A stretch of DNA of 64,000 nucleotides from Patescibacteria group bacterium (GCA_038061995.1 JBBTYA010000002.1:83282-147281), one strand, 5' to 3'; counted from the first letter of the stretch, positions 9,852-20,942 are shown. Program-made: numbers and translations. The notes: generated by a model not told the origin, from the letters alone.

Positions 9852-10199
9852 ATGAAACGAGGCAACCTCCGAAAATTTGGACGGGAACGTAATCAGCGAG
9901 CTGCCTTGTTGCGCTCTCTTGCAACCGCGCTTATTGAGCACGGCTATATTGTTACTACGACTGCGCGCGCAAAGACGCTTACCTCAACCGTAGCAAAGCT
10001 GATCACTCTTGGGAAAAAGGGGACCGTGGCGGCACGTCGTGAGCTCATGACCCGCGTTGGCAAGAAGGCTTCTGAAAAGCTCGTCAAAGATATTTCAGTA
10101 CGCTTTGCCTCACGCCCCGGTGGCTACACGCGCTTGCTCCCATTGGGACAGCGTCCTTCGGATGGATCACCCACGGTCCGCATTGAATTTGTTGCATAA
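9852..10199 (+). CDS. rplQ: 50S ribosomal protein L17
   Basis: RKFGR..RAALLRSL..TTARAK..RPGGYTR. Confidence 0.96.
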   Translation: MKRGNLRKFGRERNQRAALLRSLATALIEHGYIVTTTARAKTLTSTVAKLITLGKKGTVAARRELMTRVGKKASEKLVKDISVRFASRPGGYTRLLPLGQRPSDGSPTVRIEFVA

Positions 10200-10201
10200 T
10201 T

Positions 10202-10558
10202 ATGACCGCTACACCAAAAAACATCGTTGAGATCGACATGGCAGGCCAATCTATTGGTCGTGCTGCTACGCGCATCGCAACGCTGCTCCGTGGCAAACAC
10301 CTTCCTTCCTATAATCCTTCCGTGGATCCGGAAATTTCTGTACGCATTCTTAACTTAGATAAAGTTGTCTTTACGGGCAACAAGCTTGCACAGAAGAAGA
10401 TCTATCGTTTCTCTGGCTATCCGGGCGGTCTTAATGAGCGTACCCTCGGCTCACTGTGGGAAAAGAAGCCAAAAGAAGTATTGCGCCGCATGGTCCGCAG
10501 CATGCTTCCTGATAACACGCTCCGCGCTCGCATGATCTTGCGCTTAGTGTTTGCCTAA
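10202..10558 (+). CDS. rplM: 50S ribosomal protein L13 (short form)
   Basis: GRAATRIATLLRGKH, SGYPGGL, MLPDN. Confidence 0.95.
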   Translation: MTATPKNIVEIDMAGQSIGRAATRIATLLRGKHLPSYNPSVDPEISVRILNLDKVVFTGNKLAQKKIYRFSGYPGGLNERTLGSLWEKKPKEVLRRMVRSMLPDNTLRARMILRLVFA

Positions 10559-10567
10559 TTTTATCGT

Positions 10568-11098
10568 ATGCAACAGAACGACACACAACCATTAGATGTT
10601 CTCGGAATCGCAGTGCCTGATGAAGACACTGACGAACCCACGCTCCCACCTCTTGAAGAGGGGGATAAAGAGCTTGGCACCAAAGAAAAGTATTTTGAAT
10701 CCGTAGGTCGCCGCAAGAATGCGGTTGCTCGCGTACGTCTCTTTACACGCAAGTCTACCGACGCGCTCAAAGAAGATCGCGCACTGGTGGTTGTAAACGG
10801 CAAAGACTATACAGAGTATTTTTCTGATAAATCTCTCTGGTTGCACGTGGAAGCGCCGCTTCGCAAGCTCAAATCACTTGCACGCTTTAAGGTGACTGCA
10901 TTGGTGAATGGCGGCGGCATCGCTGGCCAAGCAGAAGCAATCCGTCACGGCATTTCCCGTGCATTGGAACTCTTTGATACAAACTTCCGCAAGAAGCTCA
11001 AGAAGGCAGGTTACCTCACGCGCGATCCTCGCATGAAGGAACGCCGCAAGTACGGCTTAAAGAAAGCACGCAAATCACCATCTTGGTCAAAGCGTTAA
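10568..11098 (+). CDS. rpsI: 30S ribosomal protein S9 with acidic N-terminal extension
   Basis: GRRKNAVARV, GGGIAGQAEAIRHGI, LTRDPRMKERRKYG..SKR. Confidence 0.97.
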   Translation: MQQNDTQPLDVLGIAVPDEDTDEPTLPPLEEGDKELGTKEKYFESVGRRKNAVARVRLFTRKSTDALKEDRALVVVNGKDYTEYFSDKSLWLHVEAPLRKLKSLARFKVTALVNGGGIAGQAEAIRHGISRALELFDTNFRKKLKKAGYLTRDPRMKERRKYGLKKARKSPSWSKR

Positions 11099-11106
11099 TC
11101 TCACAC

Positions 11107-11130
11107 AAAGCGCCCCTCACGGGGCGTTTT
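11107..11130 (+). terminator. intrinsic terminator after rpsI
   Basis: CGCCCC/GGGGCG stem plus TTTT. Confidence 0.8.
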
Positions 11131-11207
11131 GGTTCGTTGACTTCATAGGTTTATTCATGTACCGCATGCGCCAGCTCTCTACATGAGGCGGAACGGAGGT
11201 GATCGAG

Positions 11208-11594
11208 ATGACGCCCCAAGATGAAAAGACGTTGGTTGACCTCATCACACGTGAAAGCGGCATGGTGTACTTGTTCCTGGCGGTACGTATTCAGAGACGT
11301 CCAGGAGAAGAACACCTCCTAACCACTCCAGAAGTTGCGAAAAAGTGGCAGGAAATCGAGCCAGCACTGGTGGTCCTCCACGATGTCGCAGGCTTGAGAC
11401 CGGTAGCGCGCCTCGAAGCGCCAAGCGGTGACTGCCTCTGGCTTTTGGACAACCTGTCTGCCGACCAACCTCTGCGCTGGTCTTTGATTGGCACCGTGGA
11501 ACAGCTTCAAGCACACTACCGCGAAGAGATCAGAGCTGCGGTCCCAAATAACATTCGGGATTTCCTGAACGATCGCCTCGACGACCCCTACTAG
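11208..11594 (+). CDS. orphan hypothetical protein
   Basis: GGAGGT SD before ATG 11208; TTGACT box upstream; terminator 11595-11638. Confidence 0.6.
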   Translation: MTPQDEKTLVDLITRESGMVYLFLAVRIQRRPGEEHLLTTPEVAKKWQEIEPALVVLHDVAGLRPVARLEAPSGDCLWLLDNLSADQPLRWSLIGTVEQLQAHYREEIRAAVPNNIRDFLNDRLDDPY

Positions 11595-11636
11595 CCCCCG
11601 CAAGAGGATCCCCACTCTTTGTGGGGGTTCTTTCTT

Positions 11637-12446
11637 TTACAGACGAATAATATTTACGCCGCCGCGAGTGTCGATTTCGATAATGCGAATACCTGCACCT
11701 TCATTAAAAGCAACGTGCGTTGCGTTTTCATCAAACCAGACTGCATTAGTGATGGGGCGCGATGCACGGAAGATGCGCTCCATATAGCCTTGCGGATAAA
11801 ATGGTTGTGCGCCGTTTGGAGTAAGCCACATGACCCAGAGATCGCGGCCACTCCACCAGAGAAGGCGGGCTTGTCGGGATGAAAGGCGCGCACCCGCGGG
11901 GTTCTTTACGATATCAGTGCGAGTGCCGTCTTTTTGGATCAGCATGAGTGTGTCGCCACGCCACGCGAGCGTTGAATCTGGAATAGGACTCACCACCGGG
12001 GTCTGACGGGGGCGTGGTGATGGAGGCGGGAGAAGCGCTGGTTGTGCCATTTCTTCTTCAAGACGTGTGCGGAGAAGCTCAACGCGTGTTTCATCGGTGG
12101 GGAGCATGAGTACGTGGGGGAACTCGGTGATGAGGCCTTCTGATACGGATGCAGTTTTACTCCACGAAGAAAAGCCATCGCGATAGGTGCTGACCGTATA
12201 CGAACCAGGGAGAAGCTCTTCGATACCAAAGGTGCGTGAGAGAAATGACGTACTCCCTTTGAGCTCACCATTGAGGAGCACGTCTGCCGTTTCATTAATA
12301 CGTACGACGATGGTTCCCGTACGAATAAAACGCCCCTCAGAGAGGCTATAAGTGTATCCTTGGGCATTCATAATAGCCCAATAAGTCCCCGTGATAAAAA
12401 CGAGGGCGGTCAGGGCGAGTAATATACGGCGCTTTCGCTTTTCCAT
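11637..12446 (-). CDS. PEGA-domain membrane-anchored protein
   Basis: N-terminal TM; TGTIVVR..ADVLLNG..LLPGSYTV..GFSSWSK pattern. Confidence 0.75.
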   Translation of the reverse strand: MEKRKRRILLALTALVFITGTYWAIMNAQGYTYSLSEGRFIRTGTIVVRINETADVLLNGELKGSTSFLSRTFGIEELLPGSYTVSTYRDGFSSWSKTASVSEGLITEFPHVLMLPTDETRVELLRTRLEEEMAQPALLPPPSPRPRQTPVVSPIPDSTLAWRGDTLMLIQKDGTRTDIVKNPAGARLSSRQARLLWWSGRDLWVMWLTPNGAQPFYPQGYMERIFRASRPITNAVWFDENATHVAFNEGAGIRIIEIDTRGGVNIIRL

Positions 12447-12535
12447 AGCTTGTGTAGTATACAGGAAAACTTGACTAAATGCCAGAAATGTCAGGTTGCG
12501 TGCGCACCCAGAACACGATACACTTTCCCTGCTTT

Positions 12536-13543
12536 ATGGCACGTAAACTAGGCATAGATCTCGGCACTACTAACACCGTTGTCTTCGTCCCTGGCAAGGG
12601 GATCGTCATCAACGAGCCTTCGGTCGTCGCCGTTTCAGTACTCGATAACACTATTTTAGCAGTTGGTAATAAAGCGAAGGAGATGATCGGACGTACGCCG
12701 GATAGCATTATCATTTCCCGCCCGCTCGTTGATGGTGCAATTGCCGACTATCGCATCACCGGTGCTATGCTCCGTTATTTTATCAAGCGCGCTGGTGGTC
12801 TCTTCTCATTTTTAAAACCTGAAGTACTCATCTCCGTTCCCGCAGGTATCACCTCAACTGAAAAACGCGCAGTGATCGAATCAACACTCGATGCAGGAGC
12901 AAAAGCGGTCTACTTAGTGAAAGAGCCTGTGCTCGCAGCCATTGGTGCGCGCATTCCCATCAATAGCCCTATTGGAAATATGATTTTGAATATCGGTGGC
13001 GGTACTACCGAGCTTGCGGTGATCTCTATTGGTGGAATCGTAAGCGCATCATCGGTGCGCATCGGAGGTAATAAGTTTGATCTTGCCATTGTTGAATACA
13101 TAAAAAAGCGTCACACGCTCGCAATTGGTGAACGCACTGCAGAGCTTATGAAGATCGCTATCGGAAGCGCCATTAAGCAGGCAAACGAAGAAAAGATCAC
13201 CATCAAGGGGCGCGACCTTACATCGGGACTTCCGAAAACTATTGAGATCAGCTCCAATGAGCTTACCGACGCTTTGAGTGAGAGTTTGCGCGAAGTGATT
13301 CAGATTATTAAAGAAGTATTAGAAGTAACGCCTCCAGAGCTTTGCTCTGACATTATGGATCGCGGCATTACTATTTCAGGTGGTGGGGCACTCTTGCGCA
13401 ACATTGATCAACTCATTACGAAAGTAACGGGCGTTCCTGCGCATATCGCAGATGACCCACTGTTCTGCGTGGCGCGTGGTACGGGTATCGTGCTGGAAAA
13501 CCTCGATGTGTATAAGAAAAACGTTATTGCAAAGCGTTCATGA
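12536..13543 (+). CDS. mreB: rod shape-determining actin-like ATPase MreB
   Basis: [31 protein letters not shown]. Confidence 0.96.
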   Translation: MARKLGIDLGTTNTVVFVPGKGIVINEPSVVAVSVLDNTILAVGNKAKEMIGRTPDSIIISRPLVDGAIADYRITGAMLRYFIKRAGGLFSFLKPEVLISVPAGITSTEKRAVIESTLDAGAKAVYLVKEPVLAAIGARIPINSPIGNMILNIGGGTTELAVISIGGIVSASSVRIGGNKFDLAIVEYIKKRHTLAIGERTAELMKIAIGSAIKQANEEKITIKGRDLTSGLPKTIEISSNELTDALSESLREVIQIIKEVLEVTPPELCSDIMDRGITISGGGALLRNIDQLITKVTGVPAHIADDPLFCVARGTGIVLENLDVYKKNVIAKRS

Positions 13544-14586
13544 AGATAGCACTCGTTACTGATTGGATCACCACAGTATCGGGATCAGAAGAGCTTGTAC
13601 AAGCGCTCCATCGCATCTGGCCCGATGCTCCACTCTACACCGCATATGCGGACAAAGAGCGCGCGCGCAACGCTTTCCCAAATGCTGATGTTCGTGCAAG
13701 TTTCATTGGGCGCATTCCCTCATTTCTCCGCGTACGCCCACTTCTTGCACTTCTTTTACCTCTTGCGATGGAGTCTTTTGATTTCACGGGATATGACGTT
13801 GTGATTTCAGTGAGCGGCCTTGTGAGCAAAGGTATTATCGTTCCTAGTGCCACGCGACACATCTCCTATTGTATGAGCCCGCCACGACAGCTGTGGGACC
13901 TCGCACACGCTCAGAGGGGTATGCGCCTAGGTCGTCACTTGATGCGACTATGGGATAGCGCTGCGGCAAAACGTATCTCTGAATGGGTTGCTATTTCTCA
14001 TACTGCCGCCAAGCGAATAGAAACATACTACAGACAAACGCCGCGAGCGGTGATATATCCTCCCGTGCAAGTACAGAACGCTTCTGCTGAACCGCCACAT
14101 CCGAAACCCTACTATCTTTTTGTGGGGCGTTTGTACGCATATAAAAATGTGGCGTTACTTCTTGAGCTCTTCTCCCGACTCCAACGCGACTTAGTGATTA
14201 TCGGAACGGGACCACTGGAAGGCGTACTGCAACGTCATGCATCACCGAACGTGCACATGCGCGGATATGTAGACGATGCCACGCTTAGTGCATATATGGT
14301 GCATGCAAAGGCGCTTATTGTGCCGAATGAGGAAGATTTCGGACTCACGATTGCAGAAGCACATGCGCATGGTACGCCTGTGCTTGCACTTCGCACTGGC
14401 GGGGCAATGGAAATTATCGAAGAAGGAGTTACTGGCGAGTTCTTTAATGATGCAATCCCAGAAGCGATCGGGGAGTGTCTTATGCGCTTTGAACAAAAGA
14501 CATACGACGCCGAAACGATCCGTGCTCGCGGAGCATCATTTTCTGAAGCGCGTTTTCAGGAAGCGTGGCGCGCATACCTTTCATGA
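13540..14586 (+). CDS. GT4 (GT-B) glycosyltransferase
   Basis: MKIALVTDW, VGRLYAYKN, EEDFGLTIAEA. Confidence 0.9.
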   Translation: MKIALVTDWITTVSGSEELVQALHRIWPDAPLYTAYADKERARNAFPNADVRASFIGRIPSFLRVRPLLALLLPLAMESFDFTGYDVVISVSGLVSKGIIVPSATRHISYCMSPPRQLWDLAHAQRGMRLGRHLMRLWDSAAAKRISEWVAISHTAAKRIETYYRQTPRAVIYPPVQVQNASAEPPHPKPYYLFVGRLYAYKNVALLLELFSRLQRDLVIIGTGPLEGVLQRHASPNVHMRGYVDDATLSAYMVHAKALIVPNEEDFGLTIAEAHAHGTPVLALRTGGAMEIIEEGVTGEFFNDAIPEAIGECLMRFEQKTYDAETIRARGASFSEARFQEAWRAYLS

Positions 14587-16532
14587 TAGCCATCATAACC
14601 GTACATTTTGGAAAAGAAGAATCCATACTGCGACTTGCAGAGTCGCTCGCGCCACACCTTTCTACGGGCATGCGTTGGTATATCGTTGATAATAATGAAT
14701 ATACAAACGCAGAACACGAGGCATTTGTATCACGCACCCCAGACGCTCATCACATTCATGCGTCATATAACGGTGGCTTTGGAGCTGGGAATAACGAAGG
14801 AGTTTCTCGCGCAAAAGCAGATGGCGCAGAGTGGTGTGTCTTTTTAAATAGCGATACCGCAGTTGGACCAACATTCCGTGAGACGCTTGAGAAAGATCTC
14901 GCTGGTGAACGAGGGTTCGTTGCCCTTCCCGTTGTTGAAGACGGAAAAGAAATAACGATGGGACGCATCGCTTATCATAAGGGTATGCCGCTTGGCCTTC
15001 GCGATACCGGCACTCTTACGGAGCAGCGGTCGTATGTTCATGGCGCGGCCTGTGCTCTGCATGTTTCTATGGGTGATTCGTTGGGGTGGTGGGATGAACG
15101 TTTTTTCTTGTATTGGGAAGACGTGGCGCTTTCGTGGAAAGCGCGCGCATTGGGTGTTTCGATGCGTATTGGCACCACACGCGTATCTCATGTGGGCTCT
15201 GTGGCAACAAAAGCACTTCAATATGACGTTCTTTCCGCTCTGCATGCGCGTAACTACCTTTTGGCCGAATGGGCATATGGGTCGAAGGTGTGCGCACTCA
15301 CGTGGGGATTATACGCGCTCATGCGAAGCATCGTTGGCGCAATGGCCGGGAACAGATTCTGGCGCGGCGTATTCCATGGTATAGCAGCCGCACTACGCGG
15401 GGAGTGGGGGAATATGCATGCCAAGCGTGTACACATTGGTATTGAAGCAGAATCACTTGAGGATCCTGTTGGTGGCGTGGCGCGCATGACCCATGAGCTC
15501 GTGCGAGAACTTGCACGGCGCCCAGAGCTTGCTCGCTCTCTGGTGATACATCTTTATTTTAAATCTCATGTTGTTCCTGGTCCTTGGCAAGAGAGCGCAC
15601 TCTTTCAATGTCACATAACAAAGCCGCGATGGTTCCCGGCATCGTTTAATATTCACTATCATATGTGGATGCCCCTGATGGCGTATTGGCACGGTGTTCG
15701 CGCGCTCTATTTCCCAAACTATATGCTGCCCTATACGTGGGTGAGGAAATCCCTCGTTATGCTTACGCCCGATGTGGGATATGAAATGTTCGGTACGTCA
15801 CTTCCTTGGAAGTATCGCCTTGCATATCGCTTATTTGCGGGAAGAGCATATCAACGCGCTACACGAGTGATGACGCTCTCTCATGATTCTGCGCGCCTTT
15901 TGCCAAGTGCATTTCATCGCCCCACACGAGATATCGTTGTGGTAAACCATCTTGCGGTTGAGGCTCCTGAAGCGGAAAATCTGACCCAGAGAGAGCCACT
16001 TTTTGCATGGGTAGGCCAAGCGTTCGAGCGTCGCCACGTGCGTGAGGCACTTGAAGCTTTTGTGCGCGTGGCATCTACACATCCAAATGTCTCCTTCACG
16101 CTTGCTGGTGCAGATAAATATACGCCGCCATATATTGCTCAAAAAGTAGAAGTACTTGCCCAAGAGGGTTTGCACGTTACGTACACGCCCCACGTTTCCG
16201 AATCTGCGTTGAAAGAGTTGTATGCACGTGCGCATGCTATAGTATATGTGTCCGACGCGGAATCATTCGGGCTTCCGCCCGTTGAGGGCGCCGCGCATGG
16301 CGCAATTCCCATTGTTGCCGACACGCCGCTCTCACATGAGATATTCGGAGCGGATGCCGTCTATGTGTCACAGCCTATTACCGTTGCGGGAATAGAGAAA
16401 GCTATGGTTCAATCACTTACACGACGCGATGATGCATCGTTCCGTGGTCGTATTCAGGCGAGAGCTAAGACATATACGTGGTCATCGCATACTGATCGCT
16501 GGCTCGCCACTATACGCGATATTCTTTCATGA
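14583..16532 (+). CDS. GT2-GT4 fusion glycosyltransferase
   Basis: N-terminal NGGFGAGNN/FLNSD/FFLYWEDV; C-terminal ESFGLPPVEG. Confidence 0.85.
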   Translation: MIAIITVHFGKEESILRLAESLAPHLSTGMRWYIVDNNEYTNAEHEAFVSRTPDAHHIHASYNGGFGAGNNEGVSRAKADGAEWCVFLNSDTAVGPTFRETLEKDLAGERGFVALPVVEDGKEITMGRIAYHKGMPLGLRDTGTLTEQRSYVHGAACALHVSMGDSLGWWDERFFLYWEDVALSWKARALGVSMRIGTTRVSHVGSVATKALQYDVLSALHARNYLLAEWAYGSKVCALTWGLYALMRSIVGAMAGNRFWRGVFHGIAAALRGEWGNMHAKRVHIGIEAESLEDPVGGVARMTHELVRELARRPELARSLVIHLYFKSHVVPGPWQESALFQCHITKPRWFPASFNIHYHMWMPLMAYWHGVRALYFPNYMLPYTWVRKSLVMLTPDVGYEMFGTSLPWKYRLAYRLFAGRAYQRATRVMTLSHDSARLLPSAFHRPTRDIVVVNHLAVEAPEAENLTQREPLFAWVGQAFERRHVREALEAFVRVASTHPNVSFTLAGADKYTPPYIAQKVEVLAQEGLHVTYTPHVSESALKELYARAHAIVYVSDAESFGLPPVEGAAHGAIPIVADTPLSHEIFGADAVYVSQPITVAGIEKAMVQSLTRRDDASFRGRIQARAKTYTWSSHTDRWLATIRDILS

Positions 16533-18079
16533 CACTCTTCACTTCGTGGCAGAAGCCACTTCTCCTGAGCTGGGCACTCTCTCTTGCTATTATGGCAGGC
16601 GTTCTTCCCCGTGAAGTGAGTTTTCTTATAGCGCTCGGGGGGCTCTTTGCCATGGCGCGCATGTCTCTTGAAGATGCGGCAACCTATTTTATTGGTATGG
16701 TGCCGTGCGCGCTCGCGCTCCCATTCACCGCAACATTCGATAACTTTAATATGTGGCGGCTCTTCGCGTTGTTGCTCGTAGTGCGTGGAGTATATGTATA
16801 TCGAGAGCGTCTCACGGATGTGCGTGCGCTTGTGCGCTCACCAGCGGGCATTTCTCTTATTACGCTCTCTGCCGTTGCGGGGCTCTCGCTCGCTGTTGCT
16901 CACGATCTAGGCGCTGGACTCAAACGTTTCATTTACTTCGCAAATGCGCTTCTACCGCTGGTGGTTATAGCGCTCCTCTCACAGAGAGAGGGTATGCGCG
17001 CGGCACTGTTTTCATGCATGCGATGGATCGCGGTGCTTCTTGTCGGCGTTGCTGGTATCCAACTCATCTCAACGTACGTCATGGATATCTACGCGTTCAT
17101 GCGCATATGGGGTGAGGGTGTGCAATTCCGCCAATTCGGTGCGCAGTGGAGCGATATTGTCACAAGCGTAGGAAATACATGGTTTGCATACTATGGTGAG
17201 CAACTTTCGCTACGTATTTTTTCACTCCTTCCCGATTCGCATACCTTCCCTATGATTTTGGTGGCGCTCATACCAGCAGTCATGGCTGCGGCATTGGTGC
17301 ACACACGCATTCCTTCACAAGCGTACGAACGGTTCACAAGCCTTGTGCGTACGCGCGTAAATATGTGGATTGCTTTTGTACCCCTAGCATTTCTCTTCGT
17401 TATTCTTTCGGGAACTCGGGGAATGTGGGTGGCGAGCCTTGGGGTTATTCCGCTCGGTATTCTTTTCATCATCGCGTTACGTCATAGTATCTCGCGACAA
17501 GGCCAGACAATGCTCCGCTATGTTACTGCGGTAGCAGTTCTCTTCTTTGCACTATTTTTTGTAGCATGGCCCATCGTTACATCGCCACAGTTTCTGCTAA
17601 GTAAAGGGGATGACCTACTCTTTACCAAGCGCCTCCGCTCTATCATTGATTTTGGTGAAACATCAAATGCTCAACGTATCGCTATTTGGCGTGCCACGTT
17701 AGATTCCATACGCGAACGACCTTTGTTAGGTGTTGGGCTTGGGCAATATCCAATCATCCTCGACCAGGATCTTGCTCTTGCTGACGCAGGATCCTCAGCA
17801 CACAACGTATATCTACACATAGCAGGGGAAGTGGGTGTTGTGGGGTTGCTTGCGTTTACTACCTTTCTTGCTAGCGTAGCATTCGCGTGCGTGAATGCTC
17901 TTCGCACAGAGAGATCACTTCGTGATCAGGCATTCTTAGTGACTGCTCTACTCTTTTTACCGTGGGTATGGGCATATCTTATTACTGACGCGGCGCTCTT
18001 TGATGAACGCGCGCTTCTCCTTATTGGAGCGGTCTGTGCGGTTATTCTTGGATATCAGAATCATGAGCAACGAACATAG
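16529..18079 (+). CDS. O-antigen ligase/Wzy_C-like polytopic membrane protein
   Basis: many TMs; SGTRG, RIAIW, PLLGVGLGQY, AHNVYLHIAGEVG. Confidence 0.85.
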   Translation: MTLFTSWQKPLLLSWALSLAIMAGVLPREVSFLIALGGLFAMARMSLEDAATYFIGMVPCALALPFTATFDNFNMWRLFALLLVVRGVYVYRERLTDVRALVRSPAGISLITLSAVAGLSLAVAHDLGAGLKRFIYFANALLPLVVIALLSQREGMRAALFSCMRWIAVLLVGVAGIQLISTYVMDIYAFMRIWGEGVQFRQFGAQWSDIVTSVGNTWFAYYGEQLSLRIFSLLPDSHTFPMILVALIPAVMAAALVHTRIPSQAYERFTSLVRTRVNMWIAFVPLAFLFVILSGTRGMWVASLGVIPLGILFIIALRHSISRQGQTMLRYVTAVAVLFFALFFVAWPIVTSPQFLLSKGDDLLFTKRLRSIIDFGETSNAQRIAIWRATLDSIRERPLLGVGLGQYPIILDQDLALADAGSSAHNVYLHIAGEVGVVGLLAFTTFLASVAFACVNALRTERSLRDQAFLVTALLFLPWVWAYLITDAALFDERALLLIGAVCAVILGYQNHEQRT

Positions 18080-19124
18080 TCCTTTTGTTTCCGTTATTCT
18101 CGTTGTTTCGAATGGAGCGCGCTATATGCGCGCATGCGCAAAGGCGCTCGCGCACCAGACATACAAAGATATCGAAGTCATTGTGTTTGATAACGCGTCA
18201 CAAGATGCAACACGCGATATCGTTCGCGAAATCCTTCCTGATGCACACATCATCGAGCATCCAAAGAATATAGGCATGTGGCCTGGTCAGATTGAAGCTA
18301 TGAAATCTGCGCGAGGTTCGTTTATTCTTTCGCTTTCTGTCGATGTACTCTTGGCGCCACAGTGTATTGAAGAGCTCGTTGCATGCGCACAAAAAGATGA
18401 ACGCATCGGCGCCGTGCAGGCGAAGGTCTTTCAATATGCATACGCAGATATTGCGAACAATACATGGGATCAATCGCGTACGATCGATACATGTGGCTTT
18501 GGCATGACGCGCTCGCGACGCGTATACAACATTGGGCAAGGCGAAGCAGACTCCGGACAATACGACAACGCGCCACTGTTTGGTGTTGAGGGGGCAATGC
18601 CATTCTTTCGAAAGACTGCACTGCTTGATAGCGCACTCGAGGAGGGGATACTTGATATGGATTACTACGCAAGCGTTGGCACACTTCGCATTGGCTATGG
18701 AGATGACCTTGATATCGCATGGCGCATGCGTTTGCGAGGATGGAAACAAGTGTTCTGCCACACAGCACACGCATTCCATGACCGCACTACTACAAAATCT
18801 ATCGCAACACGCTGGTGGCATTCTTTGCTCCCTTCGCGCATACGTGCTCGACGGGCGATCACACCACTCAAACGGCAGTTGGATTGGAGGAATAATCGGT
18901 GTACAATGGTAAAGAATGAGTTAGCCCAGCATCTGTTACGCGATGCTCCTTTTATTCTTGCTCGTGATGGTGGTGCGCTTCTCTACGCTCTCCTTTTTGA
19001 CTGGAGCGTGCTTCGTGGCATGCTTGGTGCACTACTCCTTCTGCCGCGCATGCTTAAAAAACGTGCCTACGTACAACGGCGCGTACGTATCTCTGTAAGT
19101 GATATGCAATCATGTATCCGGTAA
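18063..19124 (+). CDS. GT2 glycosyltransferase
   Basis: VSVILV..VIVFDNASQD..GDDLDIAWR. Confidence 0.88.
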   Translation: MSNEHSPFVSVILVVSNGARYMRACAKALAHQTYKDIEVIVFDNASQDATRDIVREILPDAHIIEHPKNIGMWPGQIEAMKSARGSFILSLSVDVLLAPQCIEELVACAQKDERIGAVQAKVFQYAYADIANNTWDQSRTIDTCGFGMTRSRRVYNIGQGEADSGQYDNAPLFGVEGAMPFFRKTALLDSALEEGILDMDYYASVGTLRIGYGDDLDIAWRMRLRGWKQVFCHTAHAFHDRTTTKSIATRWWHSLLPSRIRARRAITPLKRQLDWRNNRCTMVKNELAQHLLRDAPFILARDGGALLYALLFDWSVLRGMLGALLLLPRMLKKRAYVQRRVRISVSDMQSCIR

Positions 19125-20119
19125 CCAACCAACAACTTCCAGGCTCACGCACCTATAAAAAGGTTGTGTTAGGTATTTTCGGACTCACGTTTTGCGCCAT
19201 CGCGCTTGTTGCATGGGCGCAGTCTCTGCGTAACGCAAGTTTTGATATTACACTTGGCGGTTCGGGTATGGCTGTTATCGCAGACCATGTACTCCCGCCA
19301 GAACTCGTGCACGCTATAGAAGAAGACGCATACATCATGCCAGATAAAGATGCGACGCTCGACATTCTTCTCTTGGGAATGCGTGGGAAAGACGATCCTG
19401 ATGGCGGACTTCTGACCGACACCATTTTATTACTCCGCTACGATCGGTCCACAAAGAAATCGGCGCTCATCTCACTTCCACGCGATCTATACACGCGCAT
19501 TACTGATACACGTGCAGATAAACTGAATGCCGCATATGAATATCTTGGCTTAGGCGGCACCAAAAAACTCATTTCACAAATCACTGGCGTCTATATTGAT
19601 CATGCGGTTATTTTTGATTTCACCGCGTTCCAAAAGATTGTTGACGATCTTGGCGGGATCACCGTTACTCTCGCTACGCCTTTTGAAGAGAAACAACAAT
19701 GGGGGTATTCCTTCTCGCTGCCCGCTGGAGAAAACCACCTCAATGGCGAGCAAGCGCTCTACTATGTCCGCTCACGATACTCTTCGAGCGACTTTGACCG
19801 CGCTCGTCGCCAACAACAGGTGATAAGCGCCATTAAAGACAAGGCACTTTCTCTTCAGCTTCTTTCGGAACCCGAGCGTATTGTGGCGTTGATGCAAACT
19901 ATTCGTGCGAATATCATTACGGACATTAACCTTCTCGATATGACGAGCCTGCTTTCGCTTGGCAAATCATTGAGCGGATCAACGGCGCAGAAACGCATTG
20001 TGCTTACCCCAGAGAATGTACTCCAAGAGACACGAAGCTCTGCGGGCGCCTATGTGCTCTTGCCACGTGAAGGCAACTGGCAACTCGTACGTGACTTTAT
20101 CGCAACAGCAATGCAGTAA
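19112..20119 (+). CDS. LytR-CpsA-Psr (LCP) family phosphotransferase
   Basis: ILLLG..TDTI..SLPRD, KLNAAY, ALYYVRSR, SDFDRARRQQ. Confidence 0.93.
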   Translation: MYPVTNQQLPGSRTYKKVVLGIFGLTFCAIALVAWAQSLRNASFDITLGGSGMAVIADHVLPPELVHAIEEDAYIMPDKDATLDILLLGMRGKDDPDGGLLTDTILLLRYDRSTKKSALISLPRDLYTRITDTRADKLNAAYEYLGLGGTKKLISQITGVYIDHAVIFDFTAFQKIVDDLGGITVTLATPFEEKQQWGYSFSLPAGENHLNGEQALYYVRSRYSSSDFDRARRQQQVISAIKDKALSLQLLSEPERIVALMQTIRANIITDINLLDMTSLLSLGKSLSGSTAQKRIVLTPENVLQETRSSAGAYVLLPREGNWQLVRDFIATAMQ

Positions 20120-20123
20120 TCAT

Positions 20124-20939
20124 ATGCGTATTTCGTGCATCATTGTAAATTATCAGCGGCCGGCGCTTCTGCGCCTCGCGTTACAATCGCTTGCGCGCGC
20201 AGTGCTTCCTACTACAGATATAGAAGTTATTGTGGTTGATAGCGCTTCAACACCAGAAACACGAGCCGTGATTCGCGATGAGGGAGCTACTCTCTTCCAA
20301 AACATCATACTTGTAGCGCGAACAGAGAATACAGGGTACACGAAGGGCAATATGCTGGGAGCAGAGCGCGCAACGGGGGAGTATGTGTGTATTCTTAATC
20401 CTGATATCGTTCCTGAGCGCGGATCTTTAGAGGCCCTTGCGCAAACTCTCGCAGAAGATGCATCAATTGGGCTTATCGCGCCGACACTTCTCAATTTCGA
20501 TGGCACAGTGCAGGCTTCGACGTTCCGCATGCCCACGCTCGCGAGTATTCTTGCTCGTCGTATGTGGATTCCCGGTCGTCGCGCGGTGATTCATTCATAT
20601 CTTTATGCAGACTCAACAGAGCAACCACTGCGCCATGTTGACTGGGCACTCGGCGCAGCACTCATGACGCGCCGAGAGACGCTGTCACGTGTTGGTTTTT
20701 TTGATCCTACGTTCTTTCACTACTTAAGTGACGTTGACTGGGCACGACGTATTTGGGACAATGGACTCACTGTTGTCCGCACGTCGCGTGCGCGCATGTA
20801 TCATTACTTGCGACGCGAGTCGAAAGGACGTTTCTGGTTGTGGGATGCACTCATGAAACAAACAACACGATGGCATATTCTTGATGGCATGCGCTATCTA
20901 CGGAGATACGGGCTATTCCCACAACGTTTACAAACATAA
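20124..20939 (+). CDS. GT2 glycosyltransferase (rhamnosyltransferase-like)
   Basis: IIVNY, VVDSAS, LNPD, DWALGAA, FFHYLSDVDW. Confidence 0.88.
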   Translation: MRISCIIVNYQRPALLRLALQSLARAVLPTTDIEVIVVDSASTPETRAVIRDEGATLFQNIILVARTENTGYTKGNMLGAERATGEYVCILNPDIVPERGSLEALAQTLAEDASIGLIAPTLLNFDGTVQASTFRMPTLASILARRMWIPGRRAVIHSYLYADSTEQPLRHVDWALGAALMTRRETLSRVGFFDPTFFHYLSDVDWARRIWDNGLTVVRTSRARMYHYLRRESKGRFWLWDALMKQTTRWHILDGMRYLRRYGLFPQRLQT

Positions 20940-20942
20940 TAC

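Noticed and set aside
12985-13010. MreB phosphate-2 motif reads NIGGGTT rather than DIGGGTT
   Set aside because: A single substitution in an otherwise intact MreB, which is insufficient to claim altered function.
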